Shown: positions 7,512 to 10,152 of the stretch, piece by piece
Position numbering within the stretch: the stretch's first letter is position 1
Layout: every line of letters starts with the position of its first letter
Assembly (NCBI GenBank): GCA_965200245.1
Contig: CBDATS010000014.1
Location: 1 to 10,152, forward strand
From: a bacterium
GTDB lineage: Bacteria; UBA8248
Reading direction: 5' to 3'
DNA: 10,152 bases
The notes under the pieces: model-generated
What the model saw: the letters and a program-made list of their open reading frames with translations, nothing else
Database searches by the model: none
What the model was told of the DNA's origin: nothing
Position numbers and translations under genes: made by a program

Positions 7512-7627
7512 TAGCTAGGATACCTCATCCCGATGCCAACGGCTACTCGTGAAGATACGCCGTCGCAGCCCGCCACACGCCGAATCTGGCGATGGATAGG
7601 GATTTTCAAGTTTCCCGTATAATTCCC

Positions 7628-7635
7628 AAACCGAA
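7628..7635 (+). repeat. Right copy of 8-bp target-site duplication AAACCGAA
   Basis: Identical to 1695-1702. Confidence 0.9.
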
Positions 7636-7964
7636 ACCGTCTTGCGCACGACGGACCGATTCCCGTGCCGATCCTCGATCACCGCAAACAACCGAGGTGG
7701 TTCTGGTTCGTTGGACAATCTGATGGTGTAATGAAGGTGTACTGCGATTGATTGGGCGCCCTCGATAAACGGCTCCTGCCGACGGCAACTGGCGATGTCA
7801 ACAGCATCGTCGCGGCGCTCATGGTCCCTGGTAAAGTGGGACCACCTCAATTCGCCGCGGACCGACCTGGATCGTGACTTGCTCGACACCCGAACGAAGT
7901 GCAGGCGGGTTGCCGTAGCGGTCGCGAATCCCGCAACGCTTGGCTTCGGAATGACTGGGCAGGC

Positions 7965-8759
7965 ATGACTGCCGCGGTCCACTATCATGCGGGCCGATTC
8001 CCACTCGACGATCACCTCGACTGGAGCCGACTGATCCCGCTGCTCGGCCCAGCGGCCGGGGAGGTGGCGCGGTACGACGGAATGCTCGCCGCCCTGCCCA
8101 ACGCCAACCTCCTGCTCGCACCCCTGACTACCCGGGAAGCAGTCCTTTCCTCGCGCATCGAAGGAACCCGGGCCACCATGGGCGAAGTGATGGAGTTCGA
8201 GGCCGGACGCCGCGATGTCCCCCGAATCGCCAGGACGACATACTCGAAGGGCTCGACTACCCCGCGGCCATCCGCCGAGCAGAGGAACTGATCGAGCGGC
8301 TGCCGCTCTCCGGGTCGGTTGGTGCCTGTTCTTCCTGAACGCGGTGCGGTCAGGCCGAGGACGATCTGGCCCGGACCAAGGGCATCCTCGACCTCTACGA
8401 CGACATGAAGGTCCAGGTTGCGGAGACCACCCGCTCGTATGGAAAAACCGGCCACTCGTCGAATCCGGTCGAGACCTGCCGGTTGCTCCCTGCGTGACAA
8501 CGGGGGTCGGGATCTCCGACCATGACCGGCTCACAGTACGCCATGCAGGCTCTGGAGGGGATTTTTCGACATCCGATCTTCCGCGCCACCGATTTCGGAG
8601 CGATGGCGGGTATCCCGGCGCCCACAGCGCGGCGGATTCTGATGGTGCTGCGGGAGAACGGCATTCTGCGCGAGCTTCGGGCCGACAAGGGGCGTCGGGT
8701 GGCAATCCTCGCGTTTCCGGCCCTTCTGGACGTCTGTGGAGGGGAACGACGCCCGTTGA
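7965..8759 (+). pseudogene. Fic-family protein pseudogene lacking the catalytic core
   Basis: Fic N-terminal region (LLLAPLTTREAVLSSRIEGTRATMGEV), then LPLS joined directly to GWCLFFLNAV with no HPFxDGNGR. C-terminal HTH (SQYAMQAL..IF.HPIF...TARRIL). Several frameshifts. Confidence 0.85.
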
Positions 8760-8793
8760 CGCTCGCCCGTGATCACCAACACCGTTTGTCGCT

Positions 8794-8880
8794 TACAGTC
8801 CGCACCCCGGACCCGATACGGACAAGGGCGCGGTGGCCAGTATACGGAGTTGGCTGAAGCGAAACGGGGTGGAGCCATGA
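8794..8880 (+). pseudogene. hicA: HicA toxin 3' remnant
   Basis: Frame not in the ORF track: YSPHPGPDTDKGAVASIRSWLKRNGVEP*, matching the HicA C-terminus (HRPHP..DTDKGAV..IR.WL..NGV.P). Its stop overlaps the hicB start (ATGA). Confidence 0.8.
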
Positions 8881-9218
8881 GAAACACGATGGAGATCGAA
8901 GGGTACCGTGCCGTCATCCAGTTCGATCCCGACATCGAAATGTTCCGAGGCGAGTTCGTCGGTCTGAACGGAGGCGCGGATTTCTACGCCCGGGATATCG
9001 CGGGCCTCAGACGCGAGGGCGCCGCGTCCCTCGAGATGTTTCTGGATATGTGCAGGGAGGACGGGGTCGAGCCGCGAAAGCAGTTCTCCGGGAAGTTCAG
9101 CATGCGCATCCCGGTGGACCTGCACGCCGCCATTGCCGCGGCCGCCGCCGCCGATGGCAAGAGCCTCAATCAGTGGGTCACGGACGAGCTTCGTGCCTGC
9201 ATCGGCGGCTCGGGGTAA
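8877..9218 (+). CDS. hicB: HicB-family antitoxin, 113 aa
   Basis: GYRAVIQFDPDIEMFRGEFVGLNGGADFYA...FSGKFSMRIPVDLH...GKSLNQWV; ATG at 8877. Confidence 0.92.
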   Translation: MRNTMEIEGYRAVIQFDPDIEMFRGEFVGLNGGADFYARDIAGLRREGAASLEMFLDMCREDGVEPRKQFSGKFSMRIPVDLHAAIAAAAAADGKSLNQWVTDELRACIGGSG

Positions 9219-9228
9219 GGATCACGCC

Positions 9229-9770
9229 ATGGCCCTGAACCCCGTCGCCTACACCAAGAACGTCGTCCGGAGCTTCCTGCGCTACCAGCTCACCGCGTAT
9301 CCCTTCGCCGACCCACGCCTGCACGCGCAGATGCGAGGGCTCCTTTCGCTCGACGAGACCCGCCGCTCGCCGCTGCTCGAGGGGCCGTACATCAGCCTTT
9401 CGTGACCATTCCGGCCGGGCGCTTCGGTGGCCTCGCTGGTCGCCGAAGGCCTGCTCCACCCGCATCCGGGCGAGCGGATCCCGCCGGAGATTACCCACCT
9501 CTACAGCCACCAGGAACGCGCCATCCGCGCGATTGCCGAGGGCCGGACGACCCTCGGCTCCACCGGCACCGGGTCGGGCAAGACCGAGTGCTTCCTCTAC
9601 CCCATCGTCAGCCGGTGCCTCGCGCTGCGGGACGAGGGGGTGTCGCCCGGTATCAGTGCCATCATCGTCTTGTCCGATGAATGCGCTCGCCGAGGATCAG
9701 CTCATGCGGCTACGCGGGGTGCTGGCGGGCACGGGGATCCCATTCGGGATCTACGTCGGCAAGACCCCAG
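9229..9770 (+). pseudogene. N-terminal remnant of a large DEAD/DEAH-box helicase (DUF1998-associated type)
   Basis: GPYISLS*PF (stop 9403-9405), LYSHQERAI, TGTGSGKTECFLYPI, frameshift near 9670, then PMNALAEDQL.RL...YVGKTP. Cut off by IS3 sequence. Confidence 0.88.
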
Positions 9771-9777
9771 CCCTCTC

Positions 9778-10059
9778 TGCCGACATGACCGAGACATCGG
9801 TTCCCCGTGGAATGACTGTAGGGCGTGGAGGTGAACACCGATGAGAGCACAGAGCGATTCGATGACGTGGACCGATGCGGACGCCCCGGCCCTGGGGACC
9901 GAGGAGCGTAGCGACGAGGCCCCCAGGGCCGCAACCGCACAGGCGAACTGTCCACCCGATCCCGAGGTCGTGGCCAAGCCCACCCGGCGCCAGCTCATCG
10001 CCGAGTACCGGCTGCGGCTCCTCGAACAAGCCGACCGCTGCACACACCCCGGCGAGGGG
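9778..10059 (+). mobile_element. IS3-family 5' fragment (OrfA N-terminus)
   Basis: PDPEVVAKPTRRQLIAEYRLRLLEQADRCTHPGE matches IS3 OrfA starts. A TG-initiated candidate end lies at 9778. Similarity stops near 10059. Confidence 0.7.
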
Positions 10060-10152
10060 CAATGGCGTTCGGTTAGCGGCTCAAACGCCTCGATCCGGCT
10101 CTGTGGGGCAGTCCGTATTCATAAAAAACAATAGGTTATGATGAATTCTACC
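10060..10152. mobile_element. Probable IS4-family terminus running off the window
   Basis: CAATGGCGTTCGGTTAG resembles IS4-family IRs and coincides with the point where IS3 OrfA similarity breaks. The other end is not visible. Confidence 0.45.

Larger units (their letters stand above)
6001..7532. mobile_element. Nested non-autonomous cassette bounded by 13-bp perfect IRs (689 bp once the IS5 is removed)
   Basis: CGGGATGAGGTAT (6001-6013) and ATACCTCATCCCG (7520-7532). Small ORFs read inward from both ends. No transposase of its own and no TSD found. Confidence 0.6.
1703..7627 (+). mobile_element. IS1595-family transposon with passenger genes (transporter IS), 5,925 bp
   Basis: IRL GGGAATTATACGGATAACTTGA (1703-1724) versus reverse complement of 7606-7627 GGGAATTATACGGGAAACTTGA (20/22). 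Perfect 8-bp TSD. IS1595 transposase directly inside IRL. Confidence 0.92.

Noticed and set aside
7515-8705. 396-aa minus-strand ORF
   Set aside because: Mostly an antisense shadow of the Fic pseudogene, Pro/Arg-rich, and crosses the transposon boundary. Only ~7628-7820 looks possibly coding.
8769-8876. N-terminal extension of HicB in the ORF track (149 aa)
   Set aside because: This stretch is the hicA remnant in another frame; the ATGA overlap places the start at 8877.

Overview
GC-rich accessory region made of a decaying defence/toxin-antitoxin island heavily invaded by insertion sequences. The main structure is a 5,925-bp IS1595-family cargo transposon (1703-7627) with 22-bp terminal inverted repeats (IRs, 20/22 identical) and a perfect 8-bp target-site duplication (TSD), AAACCGAA. 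It carries its transposase, a stand-alone Cas2/VapD-like gene with no CRISPR array, and an exported VasI-like protein preceded by a ~165-nt structured non-coding leader. It also contains an internal copy of its own IR and a nested ~0.7-kb transposase-less cassette with different 13-bp IRs and three tiny ORFs. Two complete IS are nested inside: an IS4-family IS10-group element (4447-5855) and an IS5-family IS427-group element (6671-7511). The left flank holds a dnaE2 3' remnant, an ISKra4 transposase remnant and a DUF6946-like nuclease gene. The right flank holds a Fic pseudogene, truncated hicA with intact hicB, a DEAD/DEAH helicase pseudogene, an IS3 fragment and a probable IS4 end. Degraded genes show recurrent inferred T>G changes (Tyr>Asp). 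All family calls are from motif recognition by eye; no searches were run.
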